This document shows, piece after piece, positions 10,745 through 21,596 of a stretch of DNA of 64,000 bases. Every line of letters begins with the position of its first letter. Position 1 is the first letter of the stretch. The notes beneath the pieces were generated by a model, which did not search any database, was not told where the DNA came from, and saw only the letters and a program-made list of their open reading frames with translations. The position numbers were made by a program, and so were the translations under genes. The stretch is from NCBI GenBank assembly GCA_041571435.1, contig JBFFUI010000001.1, positions 32,001 to 96,000 on the forward strand, read 5' to 3'. Source of the DNA: Sulfurimonadaceae bacterium. GTDB taxonomy: Bacteria; Campylobacterota; Campylobacteria; Campylobacterales; Sulfurimonadaceae.

Positions 10745-11119
10745 GGTCATCTGGAAGTCTGATATCGATATTGATACAAGTGGGTAAAACAGACCTGTTC
10801 CTTGTCGTCAGGTCCACAAGAAAGTTTTGACAATAACTATGAATCTCTACCCCGCACCCTAGTCATAGTATCTGTCGCTATACTCGGTACAAACAGATAA
10901 ATTACGTTACAATGATTTGGATCATTTGTATCAATTAATGGACAGTTCAATCTATACTTTATTTCTATGATCTACTGCTCTTTTGAAACAATGGGGCGAA
11001 TAAGGAACATGTTAGTATTGGACTTATCTGGAGAAGAGTATTATGAATCCATTAATGGCATCCGACAAAGCTATACTGCTTGATCACGATATGATATTTT
11101 TCGAAAAAGAGCTGTAACG

Positions 11120-12052
11120 ATGCAAAAAACTTCTGTCAGTGTCATCATTCCGACGTATAACAGAGCTCATTTAGTCGAAAAAGCCATCCAAAGTGTTCTG
11201 CAACAAGACTATCCTGACTTTGAAATCATTGTTGTCGATGACTGTTCCACCGATAATACTGAAGACATTGTAAAAAACATAAATGACAGACGCATAAAAT
11301 TTATTAAGCATCTCCAGAACAAAGGGGCCAATACCGCTAGAAACACCGGTATCAAGGCTGCGATAGGAGAATATATTGCTTTCCAGGACAGTGATGATGA
11401 ATGGGCACCTGGTAAACTATCCAAACAGGTAGCTGAATTTAATAAGGCTTCTCAGGATATCGGTGTCGTTTATACTGCTTTTTGGCGTATTGAGGGAGAG
11501 AAAAAAACCTATACACCCTCAGCCGATATACTTAAAACAGACGGCTTTATCCTTGAAGAGCTCTTAAAGCGCAACTTCATCACGACCCAGTCGATCCTGG
11601 TCAAAAAAGCTTGCTTTGAAGAGGTCGGTCTTTTTGACGAGACGATGCCGCGTCTTCAGGATTGGGAGTTGTTGCTGCGCCTCTCCAAACGGTACCCGTT
11701 CCTTTTTATCGACGAGCCGCTGGTTAACGTCTACCACACTCCGGGCAGCATCACCTCCAATCAAGAAGCGTTGACAAAGGCTCTGGTGTTGATGCTTGAA
11801 AAACATCATGACGATTTTGCCAAATACAAAAAGGTACTTGCCAATTTCAACTGCTATATCGGTCAGCAGTTTTTCTTGTCCGGCGACCTCAGGAAAAGTT
11901 TGTACTACTGTAAAGAAGCCTTGAAAATCCAACCGGGCAATCCAAAGTTCTGGCTCATTCTGGCCACTTTTTTACTGGGAAGGACCCTCTATGTCAAAAT
12001 CAAAAATTTTGTCATAACCGTCATCAAACTCTTTTCCATAAAAAAACGCTAA
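11120..12052 (+). CDS. Glycosyltransferase family 2
   Basis: SVIIPTYNR, IIVVDDCSTD, AFQDSDD, QDWEL motifs. Confidence 0.92.
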   Translation: MQKTSVSVIIPTYNRAHLVEKAIQSVLQQDYPDFEIIVVDDCSTDNTEDIVKNINDRRIKFIKHLQNKGANTARNTGIKAAIGEYIAFQDSDDEWAPGKLSKQVAEFNKASQDIGVVYTAFWRIEGEKKTYTPSADILKTDGFILEELLKRNFITTQSILVKKACFEEVGLFDETMPRLQDWELLLRLSKRYPFLFIDEPLVNVYHTPGSITSNQEALTKALVLMLEKHHDDFAKYKKVLANFNCYIGQQFFLSGDLRKSLYYCKEALKIQPGNPKFWLILATFLLGRTLYVKIKNFVITVIKLFSIKKR

Positions 12053-12097
12053 AATGCAGCAAAAGCCTGACAGCAATCTAAGAGGAACAGATATAGC

Positions 12098-12802
12098 ATG
12101 ATATCCGTCTGCATCGCGACCTATAACGGTGAACAGTACATCAAAGCCCAGCTTGACTCGATTTTATGCCAACTTTCAGATGGTGATGAGATCATCATCT
12201 CGGATGACAGTTCCAGCGACCGGACAGTCGAAATAATCAAGAGTTTTGATTCCGACATCATTGTTCTGTTGGAGAACCAAACATTCAGAAGTCCGGTTTT
12301 CAATTTTGAAAACACCCTGAACCATGCAAAAAACGACTTCATTTTTCTTTCGGATCAGGACGATATATGGGAAGAGAACAAAGTCAGCACTATCATGCAA
12401 CATTTGCAGCACAATGATCTCGTCTTGAGTGACGCTTCACTTATCGATGCCGAAGGAAAAGAGATCAATGCCTCTTTTTTTGCGCTTAACGGATCCGCTC
12501 CCGGACTGTTCAAAAATCTGGTGAAAAACTCCTATATCGGCTGCACGATGGCCTTTAACCGAAAGATCCTTGAGCAGGCACTCCCTTTTCCGGAGAACAC
12601 ACCTATGCACGACTGGTGGATAGGGCTGATCGCTGAGATGTTCGGAAAAGTCTATTTTTGTAAAGAGCCGCTTGTCCACTACCGCAGGCATGATGCCAAT
12701 GCATCCGCGAGTGCCGAAAAAAGTCCTTATGGTTTCGGAGAAAAAATATCGATGCGCCTTATTCTTCTCGTCAACTTGGCAAAAAGGTGGTTCAGAAAAT
12801 GA
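12098..12802 (+). CDS. Glycosyltransferase family 2 (rhamnosyltransferase-like)
   Basis: ISVCIATYNG, SDDSSSD, LSDQDD, GCTMAF, MHDWW, YRRH motifs. Confidence 0.9.
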   Translation: MISVCIATYNGEQYIKAQLDSILCQLSDGDEIIISDDSSSDRTVEIIKSFDSDIIVLLENQTFRSPVFNFENTLNHAKNDFIFLSDQDDIWEENKVSTIMQHLQHNDLVLSDASLIDAEGKEINASFFALNGSAPGLFKNLVKNSYIGCTMAFNRKILEQALPFPENTPMHDWWIGLIAEMFGKVYFCKEPLVHYRRHDANASASAEKSPYGFGEKISMRLILLVNLAKRWFRK

Positions 12803-13629
12803 GCCTTGTCACCGCCTCTATCGTTATCTACAACAATGCACCTGATGTTTTAAACAAAGCCATCGACAGCTTTTTAAACACCGAACTTGATGTTCACCTG
12901 TACCTTGTGGATAACTCTCCAACCGATCAGCTGCATACGGCATGGGATGACCCGCGCGTCACTTACATCTTTAACGGTCAAAACCTCGGCTACGGTGCCG
13001 CACATAATGTTGCCATCAAGAGGGCCATGAAGCAAGAGAGCCGCTACCATCTCGTGCTCAACCCGGATGTCTATTTTGAACAAGGGGTGATTGAAACGCT
13101 CCAAACGTATATGGATGACAATCCGGATGTCGGGCTGGTGATGCCGAAGGTCCTCTACCCGGACGGCAGGGAGCAGAGGCTGTGCAAACTCTCTCCGGCA
13201 CCTAAAGACCAGTTCTACCGCCGCTTTATGCCGATCCGCTCCATTCTCGAAAGACGCAATGAGCTCTATGAACTGCGTGGAGCTGACTTTACGCAAGAGA
13301 TGAACGTCCCTTTTCTATCGGGGTCATTTATGTTTTTGCGTATTGATGCCCTTAAAAAAGTCGGCTTGTTTGATGAGCACATCTTCATGTACCTTGAAGA
13401 TGCCGACCTCTGCAGACGGCTGCATCGTCATTACAGGACCATGTACTATCCAAAGGTATCCATTGTCCATGAGTTCTTCAAAGGCTCGCATAAAAGCTGG
13501 CGCCTGATGTTCTTTCACATTCGCAGTGCCCTCTACTATTTCACAAAATGGGGATGGTTTATCGACAAAGAACGCGACGAAATTAATGAAAAAACGATTC
13601 AGCGAGAGCTGAAAAAAGTTGGAACATAA
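12799..13629 (+). CDS. Glycosyltransferase family 2 (WbbL-like)
   Basis: LVDNS, NLGYGAAHN, VLNPDV, SGSFMF, FMYLEDADL. ATG 12799 overlaps the upstream TGA. Confidence 0.9.
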   Translation: MSLVTASIVIYNNAPDVLNKAIDSFLNTELDVHLYLVDNSPTDQLHTAWDDPRVTYIFNGQNLGYGAAHNVAIKRAMKQESRYHLVLNPDVYFEQGVIETLQTYMDDNPDVGLVMPKVLYPDGREQRLCKLSPAPKDQFYRRFMPIRSILERRNELYELRGADFTQEMNVPFLSGSFMFLRIDALKKVGLFDEHIFMYLEDADLCRRLHRHYRTMYYPKVSIVHEFFKGSHKSWRLMFFHIRSALYYFTKWGWFIDKERDEINEKTIQRELKKVGT

Positions 13630-13686
13630 CCACATCTTATGCCATTTGAGATAAAATACGACATAATCTAACAAAGAGAGTTTCAC

Positions 13687-15777
13687 TTGCCACACATTAA
13701 TACAATAACAACCAAGCACATCCTCATATTGGCCGTCATTGCCTATCTGTTTTCATTCGCGGTACGCATGATCTGGGTCTTCCAGTTTCAGGACAACCCG
13801 CAGTTTATCTGGAACGGCCAGTTGATGATCAACACCAATGACGGCTACTTCTTTGCTTCAAGTGCACAAAAATGGTTGGAGGGGACACTGCAACATAATC
13901 CGCAGACGGGGGGACTTTTTTATACAGCAGCTATCACATTTTCAGCATTGGCTACCAAATATCTGCCTTTTTCTCTCGACACCGTGATCCTCTATATGCC
14001 TGCTGTTGTCTCCAGCCTTGTCGTTATCCCTATCATTCTTATCGGACGCCTTTTCGGTATGACCGCAGTCGGCTTTTTCGCGGCACTTTTAGGCTCTATC
14101 GCATGGAGTTACTACAACCGTACCATGATAGGGTATTTCGACACCGACATGTTCTCTGCAATGGCGCCGATGTTTATCCTCTATTTCCTCCTTGCTACGA
14201 TAAAAAGTGAAAAATTTGTCTTTGCCCTGTTAAGCGCTTTGGGTATTTTGGTCTATCCGTTCCTCTATGACCATGGGCGTGCCATTGTCTATGCGATGGG
14301 AATCCTCTACATGCTCTACATGATCATATTCCACCGCAAAGATGCCTTTACCTATCACTCTATATTGCTTATTGCCATCAGTTTGATGGCGATCAATCCC
14401 TGGGTGCAGCTCGCAGTTATCATTGCACTTTTCATCGCCATAAAAAGAGAGCTGATAAGCGCCAATGCCTCTCTCTACAGCTCTATCCTCGCCGTTTTCC
14501 TGTTTCTCTACACGGGGCATGTGTTCGAGCTGCTCTGGATGCGGGTCTCGATGTACTTCAACCGTGGTGTCGAAAGCAGCGGCCTGCACTTTTACCAGGT
14601 CATTCAAACGGTGCGTGAAGCGGGCCAGATCCCCTTTGAGACCATGGCGAACCGTATCTCCGGTTCTGTGCTTGGACTGTTCGCTGCACTTGCTGGCTAT
14701 ATCGTTCTTGTCGTACGCCATAGAGAGTTTATTTTGGCACTGCCGCTTATCGGTATCGGTGTCTTTTCCCTCTTCGGCGGGTTGCGCTTTACCGTCTATG
14801 CGGTGCCTGTGGCTGCGATCGGTGCCGTCTATTTGTTTCATGTCATCGCAATGTATGCGAAAGAGAAGAAACTCTACTACCTTATTCTGTCCCTATTGAC
14901 AGCAGCAGCGATCTATCCGAATATCACCCACATCATAGGGTACAAAGTACCGACCGTCTTTATGCAAAAAGAGGTGCAGATACTGGATGATCTGAAAAAA
15001 CAGTCATCCTCAAAAGACTATGTTATCACTTGGTGGGACTACGGCTACCCTATCTGGTACTACGGAGACAAAAACACCCTGATCGACGGCGGTAAACATA
15101 ACAATGACAACTTCATCGTCTCCGAGATCATGCTCACGACATCACCGCTGGAAGCGGCACGCCTTTCGCGTCTTGCTGTAGAGACCTATGTGGCTTCTGA
15201 CTACAAAAACATTGCCAACACCCTCTTCAAGAACCGTCAGCCGGATCAGGTCGATGTAAGCGCTTATCTTGAGAACCTGCGTTATGGTGATGTCCAGCTT
15301 CCTGAAAAAAGCCGTGATATCTTTCTCTATTTTCCGATGCGTATGCTGGACATTCTGCCGACGGTCAAGATATTCTCCAACATCGATCTTAGTACCGGTA
15401 AAGCGCTCTCTTCGCCATTCTTTTACTCGACGCAGCGTTTCCAGGATAACGCCGGTATTCTCAATCTTGGCAATAGCGTCGCCTTGCTAAAACAGGAAGG
15501 TGTGGTTCAGATCGGCAATCAAAAAGTGCCTCTGGGTGAATTCATCAAAGTGCGCTACAACCAACAAGGCAAGATTGAAGTCAACAGACAGACCATTACT
15601 CCGATGTCGCGTCTCTCTCTGATCTACCTTGAGTCATACCAGAGGTTTATTCTGCTCGACAGCGAGTACCTCAACTCGACCTACATCCAGATGTATATCT
15701 TCGAGAACTATGATAAAGAGCTCTTCGAACCGGTGATCCTGGATCCGTTGGTAAAAATATACAAACTAAAGATATGA
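13687..15777 (+). CDS. pglB: STT3/PglB oligosaccharyltransferase (N-linked protein glycosylation)
   Basis: NTNDGY, YFDTD, QTVRE, WWDYG and DGGKH motifs; multi-TM N-terminus and soluble C-terminus. Confidence 0.95.
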   Translation: MPHINTITTKHILILAVIAYLFSFAVRMIWVFQFQDNPQFIWNGQLMINTNDGYFFASSAQKWLEGTLQHNPQTGGLFYTAAITFSALATKYLPFSLDTVILYMPAVVSSLVVIPIILIGRLFGMTAVGFFAALLGSIAWSYYNRTMIGYFDTDMFSAMAPMFILYFLLATIKSEKFVFALLSALGILVYPFLYDHGRAIVYAMGILYMLYMIIFHRKDAFTYHSILLIAISLMAINPWVQLAVIIALFIAIKRELISANASLYSSILAVFLFLYTGHVFELLWMRVSMYFNRGVESSGLHFYQVIQTVREAGQIPFETMANRISGSVLGLFAALAGYIVLVVRHREFILALPLIGIGVFSLFGGLRFTVYAVPVAAIGAVYLFHVIAMYAKEKKLYYLILSLLTAAAIYPNITHIIGYKVPTVFMQKEVQILDDLKKQSSSKDYVITWWDYGYPIWYYGDKNTLIDGGKHNNDNFIVSEIMLTTSPLEAARLSRLAVETYVASDYKNIANTLFKNRQPDQVDVSAYLENLRYGDVQLPEKSRDIFLYFPMRMLDILPTVKIFSNIDLSTGKALSSPFFYSTQRFQDNAGILNLGNSVALLKQEGVVQIGNQKVPLGEFIKVRYNQQGKIEVNRQTITPMSRLSLIYLESYQRFILLDSEYLNSTYIQMYIFENYDKELFEPVILDPLVKIYKLKI

Positions 15778-16637
15778 GACTCCTGCTCACGGGTGCGACC
15801 GGCTTTATTGGCTCCTCTTTTTACGCGCACTATCGAGACAGGTTTGAGATAGAGACCTTCGACTTTCGAAATGATCCGAAGGCTCTCTTTCTGGACAATA
15901 TCGACACAGTTGTCCACCTTGCAGCTCTTGTCCACCAGATGGACGGCGCTTCTGCAGAGGCTTACCGTGAGGTCAATGTCGTAAAGACCGTCGCTCTTGC
16001 CAAACAGGCCAAAGCCGACGGTGTAAAACAGTTTGTCTTTATGAGCAGTGTCAAAGTCTATGGCGAAGAGAGCGATACACCCTATGATGAGACGACACCC
16101 TGCCATCCAAAAGACCCTTACGGAGAGAGCAAACTGGAGGCCGAAAACGCACTGCTCTCTCTGCAGAGTGACACCTTTACCGTCTCTATTATCCGTACAC
16201 CGGTCGTCTATGGAGAAGGGGTAAAGGCCAATATCCTAAAACTCATCAGCTTGACAAACCGCTACAGCTACCTCCCTTTTGGCGGGATCAACAACAAACG
16301 CAGCATGGTCTACCTTGAGAACCTGACGCACCTTATCGCCGAGGTTGTCTTACAGAACAGGGGTGGTATCTTTTTGGCCAGTGATGACAGCCCGATCAGC
16401 ACATCATACTTGATAGAGCAGATAGCAACTGCTTTAGAGAAAAAATGCAGACTTTTCTCTTTTATACCGTTAAAAGTTCTGCTTCAACGATTTAAACCCC
16501 AGCTCTTTCAGCGCCTTTATGGCAATCTTTATGTCGACAACGTACGTACAAAAGCCTCTTTGCATCTTAGCAACCCCTACACTGCCCAGGAAGGCATCGA
16601 AAGAATGGTATCCTGGTATAAGGAGCAAAGGCAATGA
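15774..16637 (+). CDS. NAD-dependent epimerase/reductase (WbpK/WbpV-like extended SDR)
   Basis: TGATGFIG, VHLAALVH, SSVKVYGE, YGESK, RSMVYLENL. Confidence 0.85.
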   Translation: MRLLLTGATGFIGSSFYAHYRDRFEIETFDFRNDPKALFLDNIDTVVHLAALVHQMDGASAEAYREVNVVKTVALAKQAKADGVKQFVFMSSVKVYGEESDTPYDETTPCHPKDPYGESKLEAENALLSLQSDTFTVSIIRTPVVYGEGVKANILKLISLTNRYSYLPFGGINNKRSMVYLENLTHLIAEVVLQNRGGIFLASDDSPISTSYLIEQIATALEKKCRLFSFIPLKVLLQRFKPQLFQRLYGNLYVDNVRTKASLHLSNPYTAQEGIERMVSWYKEQRQ

Positions 16638-17602
16638 CGATCACCCTCATACTGCTCACATTCATCCTATCGCTGGTCCTCACCCTTGCTATCCGCTACT
16701 ATGCGCACCGTAAAGATCTGCTTGACCACCCTAATGACCGCAGTTCGCATGTCACACCTACACCCAAAGGCGGCGGTTTGGCGGTCATGGTCGCCTTTTA
16801 CGGTGCGTTGAGTTTTCTCTACTTTCAAGATCAGGTCGAGGGCCGGCTCTTTTTTGCATTGTGCTCCGCACTGCCGGTAGTTCTCGTCAGCCTGATCGAC
16901 GACCTCTATCCGCTCTCGGCCAGAGTACGTTTTGCAGTTCAGCTTCTGAGTGCGCTCACTGCCCTCGCTTTTTTAGGCGGTGTCGACACCCTCAACCTTG
17001 CCCTTTTTCCACTCTCGGGCATCTGGGTAAACCTCTTGGCCCTAATGGGTATCATCTGGATGACGAATCTCTACAACTTCCTCGACGGCATCGACGGCTA
17101 CGCCGGTTCACAGGCCCTTTTTGTCGGCGTGGCGGCCTACGACCTCTTCGGCAGTGAAACAGCATTTCTGATCGCAATAGCCGCTGCAGGCTTTTTAGTG
17201 TTCAACTGGCACAAGGCATCCATCTTTATGGGCGATGTCGGCAGCGCACCGCTTGGTTTCATCTTTGCGGTCCTCATGCTGTATGATGCCGCTTCGACAC
17301 ACTTTCTGGGCTGGCTTATGCTGCTCTCTCTCTTTTGGTTTGATGCGACACTCACCCTTCTCCGTCGTGCGATCAGAGGCGAAAAACTGTCACAGGCACA
17401 TAAGAAACATGCCTACCAGCGGCTCAATCAGTCCGGATATTCCCACAGCAAAGTGGTTCTCTTGGCCATGTCACTTAACCTACTTATAGGGGTCATACTC
17501 TATTTTGCCCCTGAAAACAGCTACTTATATCTCTTTTTAGCCCTCATGGTGGTATTATATTCTCTCATAAAATGGATCGACACCAAGAAGGCCTTTGATT
17601 GA
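16634..17602 (+). CDS. MraY/WecA/WbpL-family polytopic phosphoglycosyl transferase
   Basis: PNDRSSHxxPTPKGGG, LIDD, NLYNFLDGIDG, FMGDVG, AHKKHAYQRL motifs. Confidence 0.9.
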   Translation: MTITLILLTFILSLVLTLAIRYYAHRKDLLDHPNDRSSHVTPTPKGGGLAVMVAFYGALSFLYFQDQVEGRLFFALCSALPVVLVSLIDDLYPLSARVRFAVQLLSALTALAFLGGVDTLNLALFPLSGIWVNLLALMGIIWMTNLYNFLDGIDGYAGSQALFVGVAAYDLFGSETAFLIAIAAAGFLVFNWHKASIFMGDVGSAPLGFIFAVLMLYDAASTHFLGWLMLLSLFWFDATLTLLRRAIRGEKLSQAHKKHAYQRLNQSGYSHSKVVLLAMSLNLLIGVILYFAPENSYLYLFLALMVVLYSLIKWIDTKKAFD

Positions 17603-19374
17603 ATTTATTACAACCCAGCTTTGCAAAACGGCTTCTCTTCTTTTTACTCAGTGACCTGATCCTCTTTTTCATCTCGCTGCATCTGGCCTATGCACTGCGT
17701 TTTGACTTTGTCATTGAGCCGCGATTCATGGAAAACTTTGTGACAGTATTCGTCACGCTGGCACTCTTAAAAATACTCTTCTTTTTTCTGTTCAGGGTCT
17801 ACAACATCACCTGGCGCTTCTTCGGTCTTGATGATGCCCTGAACCTCATAAAAGCCCATTTAGCAGCCGCTATCACTTTCGGTGCCCTCTTTTACCTCTT
17901 CTATGATTTCTTTATGCCGATCCCGAGAAGCGTGATCCTTATCGACCTCTTTCTCTCACTGATGCTGACCGGTGCCCTGCGCATCTCGAAACGAGCACTC
18001 TCGGAACAGCTCACAAGAGGCGAACATAGACAGACGCTCATCATCGGTGTCAACCCTAAGACAAGTTCTATTATCAAAAGTGCGCTTAACGGCGAACTGA
18101 ACTACTTTCCGGTAGCTATCTTCGCGCTTCTCGAAGAGAATCAGAGTGCCATCAACACCTACATCAACAAAGTGAAGGTCTATGCATCGGCAGCGCTTGA
18201 ACAGCAGATATCAAAACTGAACATCACCGCCGCCATCATCACCGCCGATCTCTCCCAAACCGACCTGAAAGCGCTCTTTAAACGTCTGAATGAAGCCGGT
18301 ATAGAGGAGATAAAGCTGGCCAAGATCCTGGGATCGCAACATGAAAGACTGGAAGACCTCTCCATTGAAGATCTGCTTGCACGCCATCCGCAGGATCTTG
18401 ACAATGAAGCAATCGCCGCATTTATAAAAGGCAAGAACGTCCTGATCACCGGAGCCGGCGGCAGTATAGGCTCGGAGATAACGATGCAGTGCAGAGCCTT
18501 TGGTGCCGCCTCACTGACGCTGGTCGACAACAGTGAGTTCAACCTTTATCAGATCGCTGAAGAGCTTCCCGAAGCCACACACGCACTCTGTTCTGTCACC
18601 GACTATCAAAGTCTGGATCGGCTCTTTGCTGAACATCCTGCCGACATCGTCATCCACGCCGCCGCCTACAAACATGTTCCGCTCTGCGAAGAGAACATAG
18701 AGATCGCCCTCACCAACAATATCATCGGCACAAAGAACGTGGTGGATCTCAGTATCAAACACAAGGTCAAAAAAGTGGTCATCATCTCCACCGACAAGGC
18801 TGTCCGTCCGACCAATGTCATGGGGACGACCAAACGCATCGGCGAGCTTTACGCCCAAAATGTCGACAGCAGAGAGACAGAGATCGTCGCCGTACGTTTT
18901 GGCAACGTCCTGGGAAGCTCAGGCAGTGTCATCCCGAAATTTAAAAAGCAGATCGAAGCCGGCGGTCCGGTCACGGTGACGGACAGAGAGATGACCCGCT
19001 ACTTCATGTTGATCCCGGAAGCCTGTCAGCTTGTGCTGCAGGCAGCGTCAATCGCCAAAGGAAACGAGCTCTTTATTCTCGACATGGGCGAACCGGTCAG
19101 GATCTATGACCTGGCCCAGCAGATGATCAGACTGTATGGCAAAGAAGATGAGATAGAGATCACCATCTCAGGCCTGCGCGCCGGCGAAAAGCTCTATGAA
19201 GAGCTGTTGATCGATGAGAGTGAGAAAAAGACAGAGTACAGCTCGATCTTTATTGCCAATCCGACACACTATCCTATAGAACAGTTGGAAAACGACATTG
19301 AAGCGCTACTGCAATCGGAGAACAAGATAGAAGCTCTGAAGAAGATCGTGCCTGAATTTACGCATAAGGCGTAG
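17599..19374 (+). CDS. pglF: Membrane-anchored UDP-GlcNAc 4,6-dehydratase (PglF/WbpM/CapD family)
   Basis: Four N-terminal TMs, TGAGGSIGSE, HAAAYKHVP, STDKAVRPTNVMG, RFGNVLGSSGSV, GEKLYEELL. Confidence 0.88.
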   Translation: MNLLQPSFAKRLLFFLLSDLILFFISLHLAYALRFDFVIEPRFMENFVTVFVTLALLKILFFFLFRVYNITWRFFGLDDALNLIKAHLAAAITFGALFYLFYDFFMPIPRSVILIDLFLSLMLTGALRISKRALSEQLTRGEHRQTLIIGVNPKTSSIIKSALNGELNYFPVAIFALLEENQSAINTYINKVKVYASAALEQQISKLNITAAIITADLSQTDLKALFKRLNEAGIEEIKLAKILGSQHERLEDLSIEDLLARHPQDLDNEAIAAFIKGKNVLITGAGGSIGSEITMQCRAFGAASLTLVDNSEFNLYQIAEELPEATHALCSVTDYQSLDRLFAEHPADIVIHAAAYKHVPLCEENIEIALTNNIIGTKNVVDLSIKHKVKKVVIISTDKAVRPTNVMGTTKRIGELYAQNVDSRETEIVAVRFGNVLGSSGSVIPKFKKQIEAGGPVTVTDREMTRYFMLIPEACQLVLQAASIAKGNELFILDMGEPVRIYDLAQQMIRLYGKEDEIEITISGLRAGEKLYEELLIDESEKKTEYSSIFIANPTHYPIEQLENDIEALLQSENKIEALKKIVPEFTHKA

Positions 19375-19390
19375 AGGAGTGTGGATAAGG

Positions 19391-19422
19391 GCAACGCTTG
19401 AGCTGTTGCGTCAAGCGTCTGC
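19391..19422. terminator. Hairpin between convergent pglF and ilvD
   Basis: acgcttga...tcaagcgt perfect 8-bp stem plus flanking gca/tgc pairing. Confidence 0.5.
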
Positions 19423-19426
19423 CGGA

Positions 19427-21112
19427 TTACAGTTCAGTCTTTAGCGCGGCACCGTTCGATGCATTGCTGACAAGAAGGCTGTAACGTTTCAGCCATTTTG
19501 AAGTGATCTCCTTCTTGACCGGTTTCCAGTGAATACGGCGACGCTCAAGCTCTTCACCGTCGACATTCAGCTGAAGAAGATGCGTATCAACATCAAGTTC
19601 GATCTCGTCACCGTCTTCGATCAGCGCGATTAGACCGCCCTCTGCCGCTTCTGGAGAGACGTGGCCGATACTTGCACCGCGCGTCGCTCCCGAGAAGCGG
19701 CCGTCTGTGATCAGTGCAACACTTTCGCCAAGTCCCATACCCATGATCAGTGACGTCGGGGCAAGCATCTCCTGCATACCCGGACCGCCTTTAGGGCCTT
19801 CGTAACGGATCACGACAACATTGCCCGCTTTGACTTTGTGGCCCATTATACCAGCGATCGCCTCTTGCTGCGAGTTGAAACAGACCGCCGTCCCTTTGAA
19901 CTGACGCATACCCGCTGCGATACCTGCTGTCTTGACAACGGCACCCTCTTCCGCAAGGTTACCGAACAGGATCGAAAGACCGCCGACAGGCGAGAAGGCG
20001 TTGTCATTGGTATGGATGATGCTGGTATCTTTGATGTCGGCATCTTTGATACGTTCCGCCAGGGTCTCACCCGTAACGGTCAACACATTCGTACGCAGGA
20101 TGTCCCCGCGCTTGCTGACCTCTTTCATCACCGCGTTGACACCGCCGGCACGGTTGATGTCGTCCATGTGAACGGTTGAAAGCGACGGCGATATCTTCGC
20201 AATGTGCGCGACATCTTTACCGATCTCATTGATGTTGGTGATATCAAACTCGACCTCGGCCTCTTTGGCGATAGAGAGAAGGTGCAGTACCGTGTTGGAC
20301 GAACCGCCCATCGCCATATCGATGACAAAGGCGTTGTGGATCGCATCTTCGTTCAGGATGTTGCGCATCTTCCATTTAGGGTCTTCGCTCTTGGCCATCT
20401 CCACGATGCGTTTGGCAGCCTCTTTGACCATCTCGATACGCTCCGGTGTCATGGCCAGAACCGTACCGTTACCCGGCAGTGCCACACCCATCGCTTCACA
20501 CAGTGTGTTCATCGAGTTCGCTGTGAACATACCCGAGCATGAACCGCCGCTTGGACAGGCTTCGCACTCGATCTCGTAAAGCTCTTCGTCCGACATCTGC
20601 CCTTCGGCATGTTTTCCGACCGCTTCAAACGCGGTAGCAAGATCGATCGGTGTACCGTCGGCCTTGTGACCTGCCTTCATCGGACCGCCCGAAACAAAGA
20701 TCGTCGGTACGTTGACACGGAGTGCTCCCATCAACATACCCGGAACGATCTTGTCGCAGTTGGGGATACAGATAAGCGCATCCAGTTTATGCGCATTCAT
20801 AACGGTCTCGATCGAATCGGCGATCAGCTCACGTGACGGCAGCGAGTAGAGCATACCGTCATGCCCCATCGCGATACCGTCGTCGACACCGATCGTGTTA
20901 AACTCGAACGGCACGCCGCCCGCCTCACGGATCGCCTCTTTAACGATGCGGCCGTACTCCTGCAGGAAAAAGTGTCCCGGAATAATATCGATGTGGGAGT
21001 TGGCCACACCGATAAACGGTTTGTCAAAATCTTCGTCTTTTAGACCTGTTGCCCGCAATAGAGAACGGTGGGGTGTTTTATCGAACCCTCTTTTTATAGT
21101 ATCACTGCGCAT
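19427..21112 (-). CDS. ilvD: Dihydroxy-acid dehydratase
   Basis: [55 protein letters not shown]. Confidence 0.97.
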   Translation of the reverse strand: MRSDTIKRGFDKTPHRSLLRATGLKDEDFDKPFIGVANSHIDIIPGHFFLQEYGRIVKEAIREAGGVPFEFNTIGVDDGIAMGHDGMLYSLPSRELIADSIETVMNAHKLDALICIPNCDKIVPGMLMGALRVNVPTIFVSGGPMKAGHKADGTPIDLATAFEAVGKHAEGQMSDEELYEIECEACPSGGSCSGMFTANSMNTLCEAMGVALPGNGTVLAMTPERIEMVKEAAKRIVEMAKSEDPKWKMRNILNEDAIHNAFVIDMAMGGSSNTVLHLLSIAKEAEVEFDITNINEIGKDVAHIAKISPSLSTVHMDDINRAGGVNAVMKEVSKRGDILRTNVLTVTGETLAERIKDADIKDTSIIHTNDNAFSPVGGLSILFGNLAEEGAVVKTAGIAAGMRQFKGTAVCFNSQQEAIAGIMGHKVKAGNVVVIRYEGPKGGPGMQEMLAPTSLIMGMGLGESVALITDGRFSGATRGASIGHVSPEAAEGGLIALIEDGDEIELDVDTHLLQLNVDGEELERRRIHWKPVKKEITSKWLKRYSLLVSNASNGAALKTEL

Positions 21113-21144
21113 GAAGTACCCTTGCTGTATATAATAGTGATGCG

Positions 21145-21153
21145 ATTATATCA
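21145..21153 (-). promoter_or_regulatory. Extended -10 element of the ilvD promoter
   Basis: TGATATAAT (TGnTATAAT) on the minus strand about 35 nt upstream of the ilvD ATG. Confidence 0.6.
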
Positions 21154-21211
21154 AATTACAGCCCTTATTCTAAGGCTTGTTCAAAAAATTTATATTTTTT
21201 CAAAAAAACCC

Positions 21212-21240
21212 TTTACAAGGCAAATCTTTTTTGCTATACT
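21212..21240 (+). promoter_or_regulatory. Sigma-70 promoter of the tRNA cluster
   Basis: TTTACA, 17-nt spacer, TATACT preceded by TGc; A/T-tract UP-like region upstream. Confidence 0.7.
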
Positions 21241-21261
21241 TCCGCCCTACAACGACAAAGT

Positions 21262-21336
21262 GCGGGAATAGCTCAGTGGTAGAGCACAACCTTGCCAAGG
21301 TTGGGGTCGCGAGTTCGAACCTCGTTTCCCGCTCCA
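21262..21336 (+). tRNA. tRNA-Gly (GCC)
   Basis: gcgggaa/ttcccgc acceptor stem, anticodon loop ttGCCaa, gttcgaac T-loop, CCA end. Confidence 0.97.
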
Positions 21337-21405
21337 TAAACACTTTATATGATTTCTTTTATAAGAAGTTATATAAAGTGTTTGCGTTGTACACAATGGC
21401 AAGAT

Positions 21406-21492
21406 GCCCGGATGGCGAAATTGGTAGACGCAAGGGACTTAAAATCCCTCGGTGGTAACACTGTACCGGTTCAAGTCCGGTTCCGGGCACCA
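21406..21492 (+). tRNA. tRNA-Leu (TAA)
   Basis: gcccgga/tccgggc acceptor, loop ctTAAaa, long variable arm, CCA. Confidence 0.97.
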
Positions 21493-21499
21493 CCAGAGT

Positions 21500-21573
21500 G
21501 GTGCCATCGCCAAGTGGTAAGGCCGCAGCCTGCAAAGCTGCTATCCCCGGTTCAAATCCGGGTGGCACCTCCA
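21500..21573 (+). tRNA. tRNA-Cys (GCA)
   Basis: ggtgcca/tggcacc acceptor, loop ctGCAaa, U discriminator, CCA. Confidence 0.97.
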
Positions 21574-21596
21574 CCTTTTTACGTAACACTTAACAT

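Noticed and set aside
10745-11119. AT-rich 375-bp gap before the GT2 genes containing a 24-codon ORF
   Set aside because: No recognisable motif or structure; may be a promoter region or an unidentifiable gene remnant.
11120-19374. Phase-variable homopolymer tracts in glycosyltransferase genes
   Set aside because: No poly-G/C tract of 8 or more was seen and all frames are intact.
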